Positions 38,906-50,155 of a stretch of 64,000 nt of DNA are shown one piece after another. Source of the DNA: Myxococcales bacterium (GTDB lineage: Bacteria > Myxococcota > Myxococcia > Myxococcales > Anaeromyxobacteraceae); contig JBBQEB010000003.1 in assembly GCA_038320275.1 (NCBI GenBank), forward strand, positions 108 through 64,107, in the 5' to 3' direction. A program made the position numbers and the translations under genes. The notes below the pieces were generated by a model that had not been told where the DNA came from, did no database searches, and saw nothing but the letters and a program-made list of their open reading frames with translations. The stretch's first letter is position 1. Each line of letters begins with the position of its first letter.

Positions 38906-39352
38906 TCAGCGCCGTCCTCCGTGCAGCGCCGCAACCACCTGGGCGGCGAGGATGCCCGGATCCAGCACCGGCTCCGGGCGGAGGATCTCTTCCGGGGCGG
39001 GCGCTCCCGGGACCTTTGCCGGGCGCCGCTTGGGGTTGCGTGCGCTCGCGCCGGCGCGGCAGGTGCGACACCACGGCTGGTTGCGGATGGCGCCGTCGGC
39101 CATCTTGCGCAGGCCAAAAAGCGAGAGCGGCTGCACCTTGCGGCACTTGAGGCAGAGCAAGGTGATGAACACCTCGTTGCCCTCGCAGTCGAATACAGTC
39201 GATCGGCGGCGCCTGGGCCGAGGCTGACGCAGCGTGCGCGGTGGACCGGCCCCCTGGGGACTGGGGCTGTGAGAGGCTGAGGGGACTGCCGGCTCCGGAG
39301 ACGGCGCAGCGGGGCGCGCCAGAGCGGTGGCGAGCATGAGCTTCCTGGCCAT
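38906..39352 (-). CDS. Small hypothetical protein with C4 Zn finger
   Basis: CLKC..QPLSLFGLRKMADGAIRNQPWCRTC; co-oriented between acnA and gltA; start uncertain. Confidence 0.7.
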   Translation of the reverse strand: MARKLMLATALARPAAPSPEPAVPSASHSPSPQGAGPPRTLRQPRPRRRRSTVFDCEGNEVFITLLCLKCRKVQPLSLFGLRKMADGAIRNQPWCRTCRAGASARNPKRRPAKVPGAPAPEEILRPEPVLDPGILAAQVVAALHGGRR

Positions 39353-39551
39353 GTGTTCACGTACCTCGCGTGAGGTGGCTCCGGCGAGGAGCCGCCGGAG
39401 GAAGAACGGTAGCGGGGAGGTCTGACAGCGCTTCCCGCCGGCCTCGGCCGCCGTTTCGCCGCCGCAAACGGGACGCCGTTCTTCCGCCGCTCCGCCGGGA
39501 TGCGCCACCACCGCTGGCCATCCCGGCCGGCGCCCCGCGATCAGGCCCCGC

Positions 39552-42416
<2,865 letters not shown>

Positions 42417-42567
42417 GGGTGGCCTCCGGGCGCATGTATGTACGTCACTGCGGGGGACGCGCAAGCGACAGGACGGGGGCCGCGCGACCGTGCCGCGGGG
42501 CTCGGTCCGGGGGGCGGCGGCCCGCCTTCACACAGCGCCCCCACAGGGCCAGGATCGGCTCGTGCCC

Positions 42568-43020
42568 ATGATCAGCCGCGAGGATCTGGTGGAGCGACTC
42601 GCGCAAGCGCTCTCCCGGCGCCCCGAGATCCTCGAGGCCTACCTCTTCGGCTCGCAGGCTCGCAGGCTCGCAGGCTCGCAGGCGCGCGGGGACGCCCAGC
42701 CGCACAGCGACGTGGACGTGGCCGTCTACCTCGACGTCACGCGGGTCCTCGAGGCGCTTTTCGGCGAGGACGCGTCCGTCGCGGCGGACCTCATGAAGGC
42801 GCTCGGTCGCAACGACGTGGACGTGGTCGTGCTGAACCGCGCCCCGCCGCTGCTCTACCACCGCGTGCTCCGCGACGGGGTGCGGCTCTTCTCGCAGGAC
42901 CTCGCCGCCACCAAGCGGCGCGAGGGGCAGGCGCCGTCGAGGTGGTGCGACTGGGTGCCGCAGCAGGAGAAGATCGATCGCGCGCTGGGGTTCACGACGG
43001 GGCGGGACGGGCTCAGATGA
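42568..43020 (+). CDS. mntA: MNT antitoxin (minimal nucleotidyltransferase) with in-frame repeat insertion
   Basis: YLFGS...GSQARGDAQPHSDVDVAV (GS-x10-DxD), VDVVVLN.APP. Confidence 0.85.
   Translation: MISREDLVERLAQALSRRPEILEAYLFGSQARRLAGSQARGDAQPHSDVDVAVYLDVTRVLEALFGEDASVAADLMKALGRNDVDVVVLNRAPPLLYHRVLRDGVRLFSQDLAATKRREGQAPSRWCDWVPQQEKIDRALGFTTGRDGLR
42649..42680 (+). repeat. (GGCTCGCA)4 tandem repeat inside mntA
   Basis: Four perfect 8-mers counted directly. Confidence 0.95.
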
Positions 43021-43451
43021 GCCCCGGCCGGATCGACCGCGACCTCGTCCGGAGGCAGCTCGCGGCGATGCAGGAGGCAGTGTCCAGGCTGCGGAAGTAC
43101 GCGGGAAAGCCCGTCGAGGCGCTCGCAGGCCCGGGGGACCACCTCTGGGCTGTGGAGCGCGGGCTGCAGCTCTGCGCGCAGAACGCGCTCGACCTCGCGA
43201 CGCACATCACCGCGAGCGCAGGGCGCGACGCGCCGGACTCCGCGAGCGCGATCGACGGCCTCGCCGACCTCGGCGTGGTGACGCCCGAGCTCGCGGCCCG
43301 TTTCCGGGGCGTCGCGGGTTTCCGGACCGCCCTCGTGCACGCCTATCTCCGGGTGGACCCGCTGCGCGTGCACGCCGCGCTGAACGAGCGGCTGGAGGAC
43401 TTCGCCGAGCTTGCGCGGCGGGTCGAGGCGCACGTGGAGAGGGCAGCCTGA
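43017..43451 (+). CDS. hepT: HEPN toxin (DUF86/HepT)
   Basis: ERGLQLCAQNALD, GFRTALVHAY; ATGA overlap with mntA. Confidence 0.85.
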   Translation: MSPGRIDRDLVRRQLAAMQEAVSRLRKYAGKPVEALAGPGDHLWAVERGLQLCAQNALDLATHITASAGRDAPDSASAIDGLADLGVVTPELAARFRGVAGFRTALVHAYLRVDPLRVHAALNERLEDFAELARRVEAHVERAA

Positions 43452-43519
43452 GCTCGCCAGCTCCCCTGGCCTCATGAGAGACGAAGCCTGGTCGACGCCA
43501 CGAGCCGGCGTTCGACGGC

Positions 43520-44731
43520 TCACGCCACCCAGTAGAAGCGGCTCCAGGCGATGAAGAGCGCTGCCTGCACGGTGGAGAACACCACCAGCACCGGCCTGTC
43601 GACGCGGTCGCGCGCGCCTCCTTCCGCCAGCAGCGCAAAGGCGGGAAAGACCACGAGGAGGAGCCTCGTCGCGGACATGAGCGTGCCGGAGAGCAGGATG
43701 GGGGCGAGGGAGAGGAGCGCGTAGGTGCCGAGGGCATAGCGGCGGCGCACCACGAGCCCCGTGCCCAGGACGAGGAAGAGCGCCACGCAGGCGAGCTCGA
43801 TGGTGCCCATCTTCTCGTGCCAGGCGGAAGGGTGGAGGAGGGTGCGCCAGGGCGCAGTGAAGGTGCGGCCCCAGGCCGCCTGGGCGCGGAACGCCGCATC
43901 GGGGATGCCGGTGCGAAGCGCGAGGTGGAGCGCATGCACCCCCAGGCCTGCGGGGGCGGCGAGCACCGCGAGCGATGCCATTGCAGCACCGGGCGCAGCC
44001 GTCGACGGGATACCGCCCGCGGGGAGCTCCCCGCGGCGAGCCTGCCACGCGACGATGGCGAGCGCCGGAGCGATGAGGACGCCGGTGGGACGGGTGAGGC
44101 CGAGGAGGAAGGCGAAGGCGGCCGCCCAGCCAAAGCGGCCCCGTCCGGCGAGGAGGAAGGTGAGCGCGGAGAGGAGCAGGAACAGCGATTCGGAGTACGC
44201 GCAGGACAGGAAGAAGCCCGCCGGGTAGGCCAGCATGTAGAGGACGGTTCGCCGCGCCACGCGCTCGTCGCTCCAGGCGTCCTTCACCGTGAGGAACACG
44301 GCGGAGAGTCCGCCCACCGCGCACAGGTTGGCGATCGCGAGCGCGACCAGGTAGTGGCCCGTCTCGCCCTGCCAGCTCCGTGGGAGGAGCGCGCTTCCGG
44401 CGCGAATGAGAGACGCGTAGAGCGGGAAGAAGGCGAGGTTCGACTGCTCCGCCGCCAGGTTGGCGGTGGGCCGGTAGCCGTGCATGGCGAGGTCGAGATA
44501 CCAGGACGTGTCATATCGGCCCCACACGTCCAGCGCGGCGACCGGCACGCGGCTCCACCCTCGCACGGCGCCCACCGGGTCGAAGTAGGTCCAGCTCGGC
44601 GCGAGCTGTGACCCGAGCCAGGCTGCAGCGAGCAGCGCGGCGCGCGAGACGAGGAAGGGCAGGAGCACGGCGCGCCCGAGGAGCTCCGCGGCCCCGAGGG
44701 CACGCCAGGCCCGTCGGGTGGCGGCGTCCAT
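43520..44731 (-). CDS. GT-C membrane glycosyltransferase (PIG-V/mannosyltransferase-like)
   Basis: WGRYDTSWY, AFFPLY, PAGFFLSCAYSESLF, TRPTG; polytopic. Confidence 0.8.
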   Translation of the reverse strand: MDAATRRAWRALGAAELLGRAVLLPFLVSRAALLAAAWLGSQLAPSWTYFDPVGAVRGWSRVPVAALDVWGRYDTSWYLDLAMHGYRPTANLAAEQSNLAFFPLYASLIRAGSALLPRSWQGETGHYLVALAIANLCAVGGLSAVFLTVKDAWSDERVARRTVLYMLAYPAGFFLSCAYSESLFLLLSALTFLLAGRGRFGWAAAFAFLLGLTRPTGVLIAPALAIVAWQARRGELPAGGIPSTAAPGAAMASLAVLAAPAGLGVHALHLALRTGIPDAAFRAQAAWGRTFTAPWRTLLHPSAWHEKMGTIELACVALFLVLGTGLVVRRRYALGTYALLSLAPILLSGTLMSATRLLLVVFPAFALLAEGGARDRVDRPVLVVFSTVQAALFIAWSRFYWVA

Positions 44732-44917
44732 GGGGGCATGGTTGTAGCAGAGTGCGGGGTCGGCAGAACGACCCCCGCTCTCCGCCTCGCGTCGTCGGCT
44801 CCGCTGTGAGACGCGCGATCGCGGCCAGGGCGGCGGCCGCGAGAGGCGGGCGCAGGAGGAGCCTGCGCCGGCCCACCCGCCCGCGTACACCCATCGTCCT
44901 CTCCCAAGGAGACGACG

Positions 44918-46408
44918 ATGCCCGCTCCCGCCACTCCCCAGAGCTCCTCCCTCGCCCTGCTCACCGATTTGTACGAGCTCACCATGGCGGCGGCGGCCTG
45001 GAAGAGCGGCATCACCACCCACGAAGCGGCCTTCACGCTCTACTTCCGCAACAGTCCATTTCACGGAGGGTTCACCATCGCCGCGGGGCTCGAGCCGGTG
45101 GTGGAGTACATCGAGGGCTACCGCTTCGACGCGAGCGATCTCGAGTTCCTGGCCGAGCAGCGCGACGCACGTGGAGCTCCGCTCTTCGACCGCCCCTTCC
45201 TCGACCACCTGCGCGACCTGCCGATGGGCATCGATGTGGATGCCGTGCCGGAGGGAACGGCCGTGTTCCCCTGGGAGCCGGTGGTGCGGGTCAAGGGGCC
45301 CATCATCCCCTGCATGCTGCTGGAGACGCCCCTCCTCACCCTCACCAATTTCCAGACGCTGGTGGCCACCAAGGCGGCGCGCATCTCCATCGCCGCCCGC
45401 GGCGAGCCGGTGCTGGAGCTCGGGCTCCGGCGAGCCCAGGGTTTCGACGGCGGCCTCTCCGCTGCACGCGCGGCCTACCTGGGCGGCTGCTCGGCGACGT
45501 CGAACGTCCTCGCCGGCAAACGCTATGGCATCCCGGTGAAGGGCACCCATTCGCACGCCTGGGTGATGCTCTTCGACGACGAGCGGGCGGCGTTCCAGGC
45601 CTACGCCGAGGCCATGCCCGGCAACTGCGTGCTCCTCGTCGATACCTACGACACGCTCGAAGGCGTCGATCACGCCATCGAGACCGGGCGCTGGCTGCGC
45701 GCCCACGGCGGCGAGCTCACCGGAATCCGCCTCGACTCGGGCGACCTCGCCTGGCTGTCCCAGGAGGCGCGGCGCCGGCTCGACGCGTCGGGCTTCGAGC
45801 GCACCACCATCCTGGCGTCGAACGAGCTCGACGAGACCATCATCGAAAGCCTGCGTGAGCAGGGCGCGCGCATCGCCGTGTGGGGCGTGGGGACGCGGCT
45901 CGTGACGGGCGCCTCGGACGCCGCGCTGGGCGGCGTGTACAAGCTGGGCGCGGTCCGGCGGGAGGGCGGCGCCTGGAGCCACCGGGTGAAGCTCTCGGAG
46001 CAGTCGGCCAAGACGAGCGTGCCAGGCATCCTCCAGGTGCGCCGCTACCGCCGCGGCGGGGAGAACCTGGCCGACGTGATCTATGACGAGCTCTTAGGAA
46101 TGCCGGAGGCAGCCGTTCTCGTGGACCCGCTCGACCCCACGCGTCGGCGCGCGGTCCCCCGGGGCGTGGAGGGGCAGGATCTGCTCGTCCCGATCTTCCG
46201 CGGTGGAAAGCGCGTGTACGACCCGCCTCCGCTCGCGTCCTCGCGCGCCCACGCGCAGGAGGAGCTCGGCCAGTTGCACCCTGGCGTGAAGCGCTTCGTG
46301 AATCCTCACCAGTATCCGGTGGGGCTGGAGCGCGGGCTCTTCGACCTGCGCACCCGGCTCATCCTGGAGGCGAGAGGCCACGAGGGCCTGATAGCGGAGA
46401 CCACTTGA
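44918..46408 (+). CDS. pncB: Nicotinate phosphoribosyltransferase
   Basis: LTDLYELTM, ELGLRRAQG, GTHSHAW, LVDTYD, IRLDSGD, VYKL. Confidence 0.95.
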   Translation: MPAPATPQSSSLALLTDLYELTMAAAAWKSGITTHEAAFTLYFRNSPFHGGFTIAAGLEPVVEYIEGYRFDASDLEFLAEQRDARGAPLFDRPFLDHLRDLPMGIDVDAVPEGTAVFPWEPVVRVKGPIIPCMLLETPLLTLTNFQTLVATKAARISIAARGEPVLELGLRRAQGFDGGLSAARAAYLGGCSATSNVLAGKRYGIPVKGTHSHAWVMLFDDERAAFQAYAEAMPGNCVLLVDTYDTLEGVDHAIETGRWLRAHGGELTGIRLDSGDLAWLSQEARRRLDASGFERTTILASNELDETIIESLREQGARIAVWGVGTRLVTGASDAALGGVYKLGAVRREGGAWSHRVKLSEQSAKTSVPGILQVRRYRRGGENLADVIYDELLGMPEAAVLVDPLDPTRRRAVPRGVEGQDLLVPIFRGGKRVYDPPPLASSRAHAQEELGQLHPGVKRFVNPHQYPVGLERGLFDLRTRLILEARGHEGLIAETT

Positions 46409-46742
46409 TCTGATCCCTGCTGCGGCGCACGCTGCCTGCCTGCGCCGGGCAGACTCGTCGGTTCGCTGCTCGACGTACCTTCCAGGTACGCCTCCGCTGC
46501 TCCCTCCTCGTGTGCCCGGCTCATCGACGGGATCGTGTTCCTCGCGACGGGCTCAGAGCGGAGACCACTTGATACGATCCCTGCTGCGGCGCACGCTGCC
46601 TGCCTGCGCCGGGCAGACTCGTCAGTCCGCTGCTCGACGTACCTTTCAGGTACGCCTCCGCTGCTCCCTCCTCGTGTGCCCGGCTCGCCGACGGCATCGT
46701 GTGCCTCGCGACGGGCTCATATCAAGTGGGCTCCGCTGTCAG
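46388..46742. mobile_element. MITE/REP-like element: two 164-bp units bounded by 22-bp imperfect terminal inverted repeats
   Basis: Units start at 46394 and 46558; TIRs CTGATAGCGGAGACCACTTGAT (46388-46409) and ATCAAGTGGGCTCCGCTGTCAG (46721-46742), 20/22 match; internal GTACCT-tcc-AGGTAC hairpin. Confidence 0.7.
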
Positions 46743-46766
46743 ACCAAGTGGGCTCCGCTGTGACTG

Positions 46767-46806
46767 AAAAGAAAAGGCCGGCTCCCTCGCAGGAACCGGC
46801 CCTCCC
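46767..46806 (-). terminator. Intrinsic terminator of the Gly/Ser-rich protein gene
   Basis: Minus strand GGCCGGTTCC..GGGAGCCGGCC followed by TTTTCTTTT. Confidence 0.75.
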
Positions 46807-46828
46807 AACGACGCGGCGTGAAGCCGGA

Positions 46829-47239
46829 TTACATGCCGGCGTCGGCGGTGGTCTTGTGGCTGTGCTTCTTGGCCTTGCTGTGCTTCTTGGTCTTCTTGGT
46901 GGTGGTGGTGGTGGAGGTCGCGGTGTCGGAAGCAGAGCCCGAGCCGCCCATCGAGCCAGAGCCCATCGAGCCGCTGGTGGACGTCCCGCTGGTGCCCGCC
47001 GCGCCGCCCGCGCCGCCGGTGGTGCCGCTGGAGGAGCCGCCCATGGAGCCGCCGCCCATCGCGCCGGAGTTGCCCGAGGAACCGCCCCCCATCGCGCCGC
47101 TGGACCCGCTGCCCGTCGAGCCGCTGGCACCACCCGCGGCGCCGCCGCTGCTGCCGCCCGACCCGCCACCGCTCTGGGCAAACGCCGGGGCCGAGGCCAT
47201 GAGGAACATCGACGCCACGATCACGCTGAGCTTACGCAT
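46829..47239 (-). CDS. Secreted low-complexity Gly/Ser-rich protein with Lys/His-rich tail
   Basis: Signal peptide MRKLSVIVASMFLMASAPAFA, RBS AAGGAG, own terminator and sigma-54 promoter. Confidence 0.8.
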   Translation of the reverse strand: MRKLSVIVASMFLMASAPAFAQSGGGSGGSSGGAAGGASGSTGSGSSGAMGGGSSGNSGAMGGGSMGGSSSGTTGGAGGAAGTSGTSTSGSMGSGSMGGSGSASDTATSTTTTTKKTKKHSKAKKHSHKTTADAGM

Positions 47240-47290
47240 TGGTGAACTCCTTTTGGGGCGGGAGGAACATCCCGCGATGCCATGTGGGAT

Positions 47291-47306
47291 AGCAGGACAC
47301 ATGCCA
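47291..47306 (-). promoter_or_regulatory. Sigma-54 (-24/-12) promoter
   Basis: Minus strand TGGCATGTGTCCTGCT, GG-N10-GC spacing, about 50 bp upstream of the ATG. Confidence 0.65.
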
Positions 47307-47498
47307 AAAAGGCCTGGCTGCTCGTCGAGCAGGAACGTGGCCGAAGTTCAGGCACATGGCAGAAAACGAGGGAATCGTGCGGCCCTCACGGGTGGGGAGG
47401 GGTGGGACAAGGCGCCGCAGGGTCGGTGACAACCTCCCCGGTGCTCGAGGTTCCCTGCCGCTGAACTCACACTCTCACGCGTGGCCGGTCACCCAAGA

Positions 47499-48422
47499 TC
47501 ACGCCATTGCCGGCGCGGCCACGACCGTGTTCCGTCCGTTCTGCTTCGCCCGGTAGAGCGCCCGGTCGGCTGCCGCGAGGATCTGCACCTCGGTGCGCCC
47601 GGGCTCGAAGGGCGTGAGGCTGGAAGACACCGTCACGCCGACGCTCACCGTCACCGCGATCTCGACCCCCTCGAACGCGCAGCGCGAGCGCTCGACCGCC
47701 CGCCGCACGCGCTCGGCGAGAGCCTTCGCCCCTACGAGACCGGTCTCCCGCGACAGCACCACGAACTCCTCGCCGCCGAAGCGGGCCACCACGTCCTCCT
47801 TGCGCACCGCCCCCTGGATCACGAAGGCCGTGGTCTTGAGCGCCTCGTCGCCCGCAAGGTGGCCGTGCTCGTCGTTCACCCGCTTGAAATGGTCGATGTC
47901 GACGAGGAGCAGGGAGAGGGCGCGGCCGTGGCGCTGCGAGGCGCCGAGCTCGCTCGCGAGGCGCTCCATGAAGTGGCGCCGGTTGTAGAGCCCGGTGAGA
48001 GGTTCGTGCAGCGCGCCCTGCGAAAGCTTCCGCTGGTAGTCCGCCTCCACCTCGTCGAAGAGCACGAACTTGAAGGTGGTGTGCGCGCCGAGCTGGAATC
48101 TCGCGCCATCCTGGAGGATCGCCTCGCCCACCCGCTTGCCCTCCACGAAGGTCCCGTTGGCGCTCCCGAGGTCCGCGAGCCGCGCCGAACCGCGCTCGGC
48201 GGAGAGGGTGGCGTGCTTGCGCGACACGCCGTCGTCATGGACGTGCACGTCCGCGTCGGCGCGGCGCCCGATGAGCAGCTCCCGGCCAGGCGGCAGCGCG
48301 AAGACCTCGCCGAACTGAGGTCCGGAGAGGACGACGAGGTACGGCTGCTTCGTCGCTGGACCCTCCGCCCGCGGGGGCGTGGTGAAGGTCGGGTCGAGCT
48401 GTTCCTGGGTGCGGCGCGCCAT
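47499..48422 (-). CDS. FHA-GGDEF diguanylate cyclase
   Basis: FHA GR..D..VSRKHA; DIDHFKRVND..GH..GD; RKED I-site; RFGGEEF. Confidence 0.92.
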   Translation of the reverse strand: MARRTQEQLDPTFTTPPRAEGPATKQPYLVVLSGPQFGEVFALPPGRELLIGRRADADVHVHDDGVSRKHATLSAERGSARLADLGSANGTFVEGKRVGEAILQDGARFQLGAHTTFKFVLFDEVEADYQRKLSQGALHEPLTGLYNRRHFMERLASELGASQRHGRALSLLLVDIDHFKRVNDEHGHLAGDEALKTTAFVIQGAVRKEDVVARFGGEEFVVLSRETGLVGAKALAERVRRAVERSRCAFEGVEIAVTVSVGVTVSSSLTPFEPGRTEVQILAAADRALYRAKQNGRNTVVAAPAMA

Positions 48423-48518
48423 CGCGAGGAGTCTACCTCACCGGGCCCCCGGCGCAGGGCCATGGTCGAGCGACGGGACTGTGGGGGGGCAAAGCGCCCG
48501 CCGCGAACCCGTCACCGC

Positions 48519-48965
48519 TCAGGAGGCGCTGGCCGCCCGCGGCCCATCGTGCCCCTCGATGAAGGCGTGGAGCTGGCCGATGAGCCACTCCTTCTCCTCG
48601 AGCATGAGCCCGATGAGATCGCGCATCGACACCACGCCCAGCACCTCTCCTCCTTCCGCGACGAGGAGGTGGCGGGTGGTGTGGTCGCGCATGAGCGCCG
48701 TGCAGGCCACGTCGGTGGTGCCCGGCGTCACCGTGGGGACGTCCGCGCGCATCGCCTCGCCGATGGCGAGGTTCGACCCGCTACCCGAAGCGACCACCGA
48801 TGCCACCAGGTCGCGCTCCGTGACGAGCCCCACCACCTTGCCGCCCCGGCGAACCGCCACCGAGCCGATGCGCCGCTCCACCATGAGCCGGGCCGCGTCG
48901 GCACAGGGCGACTCTGCTTCCAGGACCACGAGCGTGCGCGTCACGTGCCTCTCGATGCTCGCCAT
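48519..48965 (-). CDS. Tandem CBS-domain protein
   Basis: IGSVAV..GLVTERDL; RHLLV..GVVSMRDL. Confidence 0.9.
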   Translation of the reverse strand: MASIERHVTRTLVVLEAESPCADAARLMVERRIGSVAVRRGGKVVGLVTERDLVASVVASGSGSNLAIGEAMRADVPTVTPGTTDVACTALMRDHTTRHLLVAEGGEVLGVVSMRDLIGLMLEEKEWLIGQLHAFIEGHDGPRAASAS

Positions 48966-49093
48966 GTGAGACCTCCCCGCGTGCGTGTGTGTAGCGTACG
49001 CACGCGGCCGGCCACCTTCCCAGCCGGTGGCGCGGGCCAGATGGGTTTCCCGCGGTGCGTCACCGGCGGCTCCTCGACCTGCGACGCGGCGGG

Positions 49094-50059
49094 TCAGCGC
49101 GCCACCGGCGCGGCGGCCGCCGCTGCCGGAGCCGCCGCCGAGCGAGAGTCACCTGCCTCCCTCCGCACCGCGATGACCGCGTTCGGGATCTCCCATGCGA
49201 GCCCGACAGCCTCGCCCTCGCCCGAGGCGCGCTCCAGGGCGCCGAGCCGCTCCACGTCGCGCCCTCCAGCGCGCACGAAGAGCTGCGCCTCCGGCCCCCC
49301 CTCCACGTACATGGCGCGGCGCAGGTCGATGGGCGCCGCGAGCAGCGCGTCCACGAGGTCGTGCACCGGCCAGGGCGCGCGCGCGTGCATGAAGAGGATG
49401 CGCCCGGCGCCGTCGATGCCGACCGCTGCGGTGCTCCTGCGCTTGGTGTCCGGCGCCCACACGTTCTTGCGCTCGCAGGAGACGAGCCGGATGGACTGGA
49501 TGAGGGTGCCGTAGCCCGAAGCCAGCGCATCCATGTCGCCACACTCGGCGTCGAGGATGCGCGCCGGCGGCAGCCCGGGCCGGAGCGGGTCGAAGGCGAG
49601 CACCGCCTTGAAGCGAGCGCTCCGGCGCGGGTTGTTCTGGTGCTCCCGCGTCCGCATGAGGCCGAGATTGGTGAGGCCGTCGGTCTGGAACATGCCGGCG
49701 TTGATGGCGGCCACCGCGCCGGTGGCAAGGGCCCAGCGCTTCACGGTGCGTGGACGCGCATCGCTTGCCGAGGCGTTGGCCAGCCGCAGCTCGAACCGGG
49801 CCGGGTCGAGCCGCGCGACCCACACGCGCGCATCGCCCGGAGAAGGTGCCGGACCGCGAAACGTGCCGACCTCGAGACCCGCTTCCAGGGAAGTCCAGGT
49901 TCCCTCCGGAGGGAGCGACGCCGCGGGGGCATCCTCGGCCACCTCCACCGGAGCCTGCGCGGGCTTGCTCTGCTGGCGGTCGCACGAGGCGAGCAGCGTC
50001 AGGGCAACGGCCGTGGAGGCGAGCCGGGAGGGATGGTGCACGGCCGGCCAGTATACCAA
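49094..50059 (-). CDS. Phosphodiester glycosidase (NAGPA/DUF2233) family lipoprotein
   Basis: LLASC lipobox; AAINAGMF, RSTAAVGID, AMYVEGGP. Confidence 0.75.
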   Translation of the reverse strand: MVYWPAVHHPSRLASTAVALTLLASCDRQQSKPAQAPVEVAEDAPAASLPPEGTWTSLEAGLEVGTFRGPAPSPGDARVWVARLDPARFELRLANASASDARPRTVKRWALATGAVAAINAGMFQTDGLTNLGLMRTREHQNNPRRSARFKAVLAFDPLRPGLPPARILDAECGDMDALASGYGTLIQSIRLVSCERKNVWAPDTKRRSTAAVGIDGAGRILFMHARAPWPVHDLVDALLAAPIDLRRAMYVEGGPEAQLFVRAGGRDVERLGALERASGEGEAVGLAWEIPNAVIAVRREAGDSRSAAAPAAAAAAPVAR

Positions 50060-50155
50060 GCCGGTCGAGGCCCCGATCCCCGCCGCCCGGCGTCGCGACT
50101 CTCCATCAGCACCCGCGATGAGCGGATCACCCGCGGTGCCTGGCGGCGTCGCCGC

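Noticed and set aside
46394-46721. Possible CRISPR array or autonomous IS
   Set aside because: Only two long units with no spacers; no transposase ORF; no clear target-site duplication
46818-47429. Pro/Glu-rich plus-strand ORF
   Set aside because: Mirror of the Gly/Ser-rich minus-strand gene, which has the signal peptide, RBS, promoter and terminator
48977-49007. 10-bp inverted repeat just upstream of the CBS gene RBS
   Set aside because: Real, but a GC-rich stem of this size is common here and there is no further evidence of a regulatory RNA
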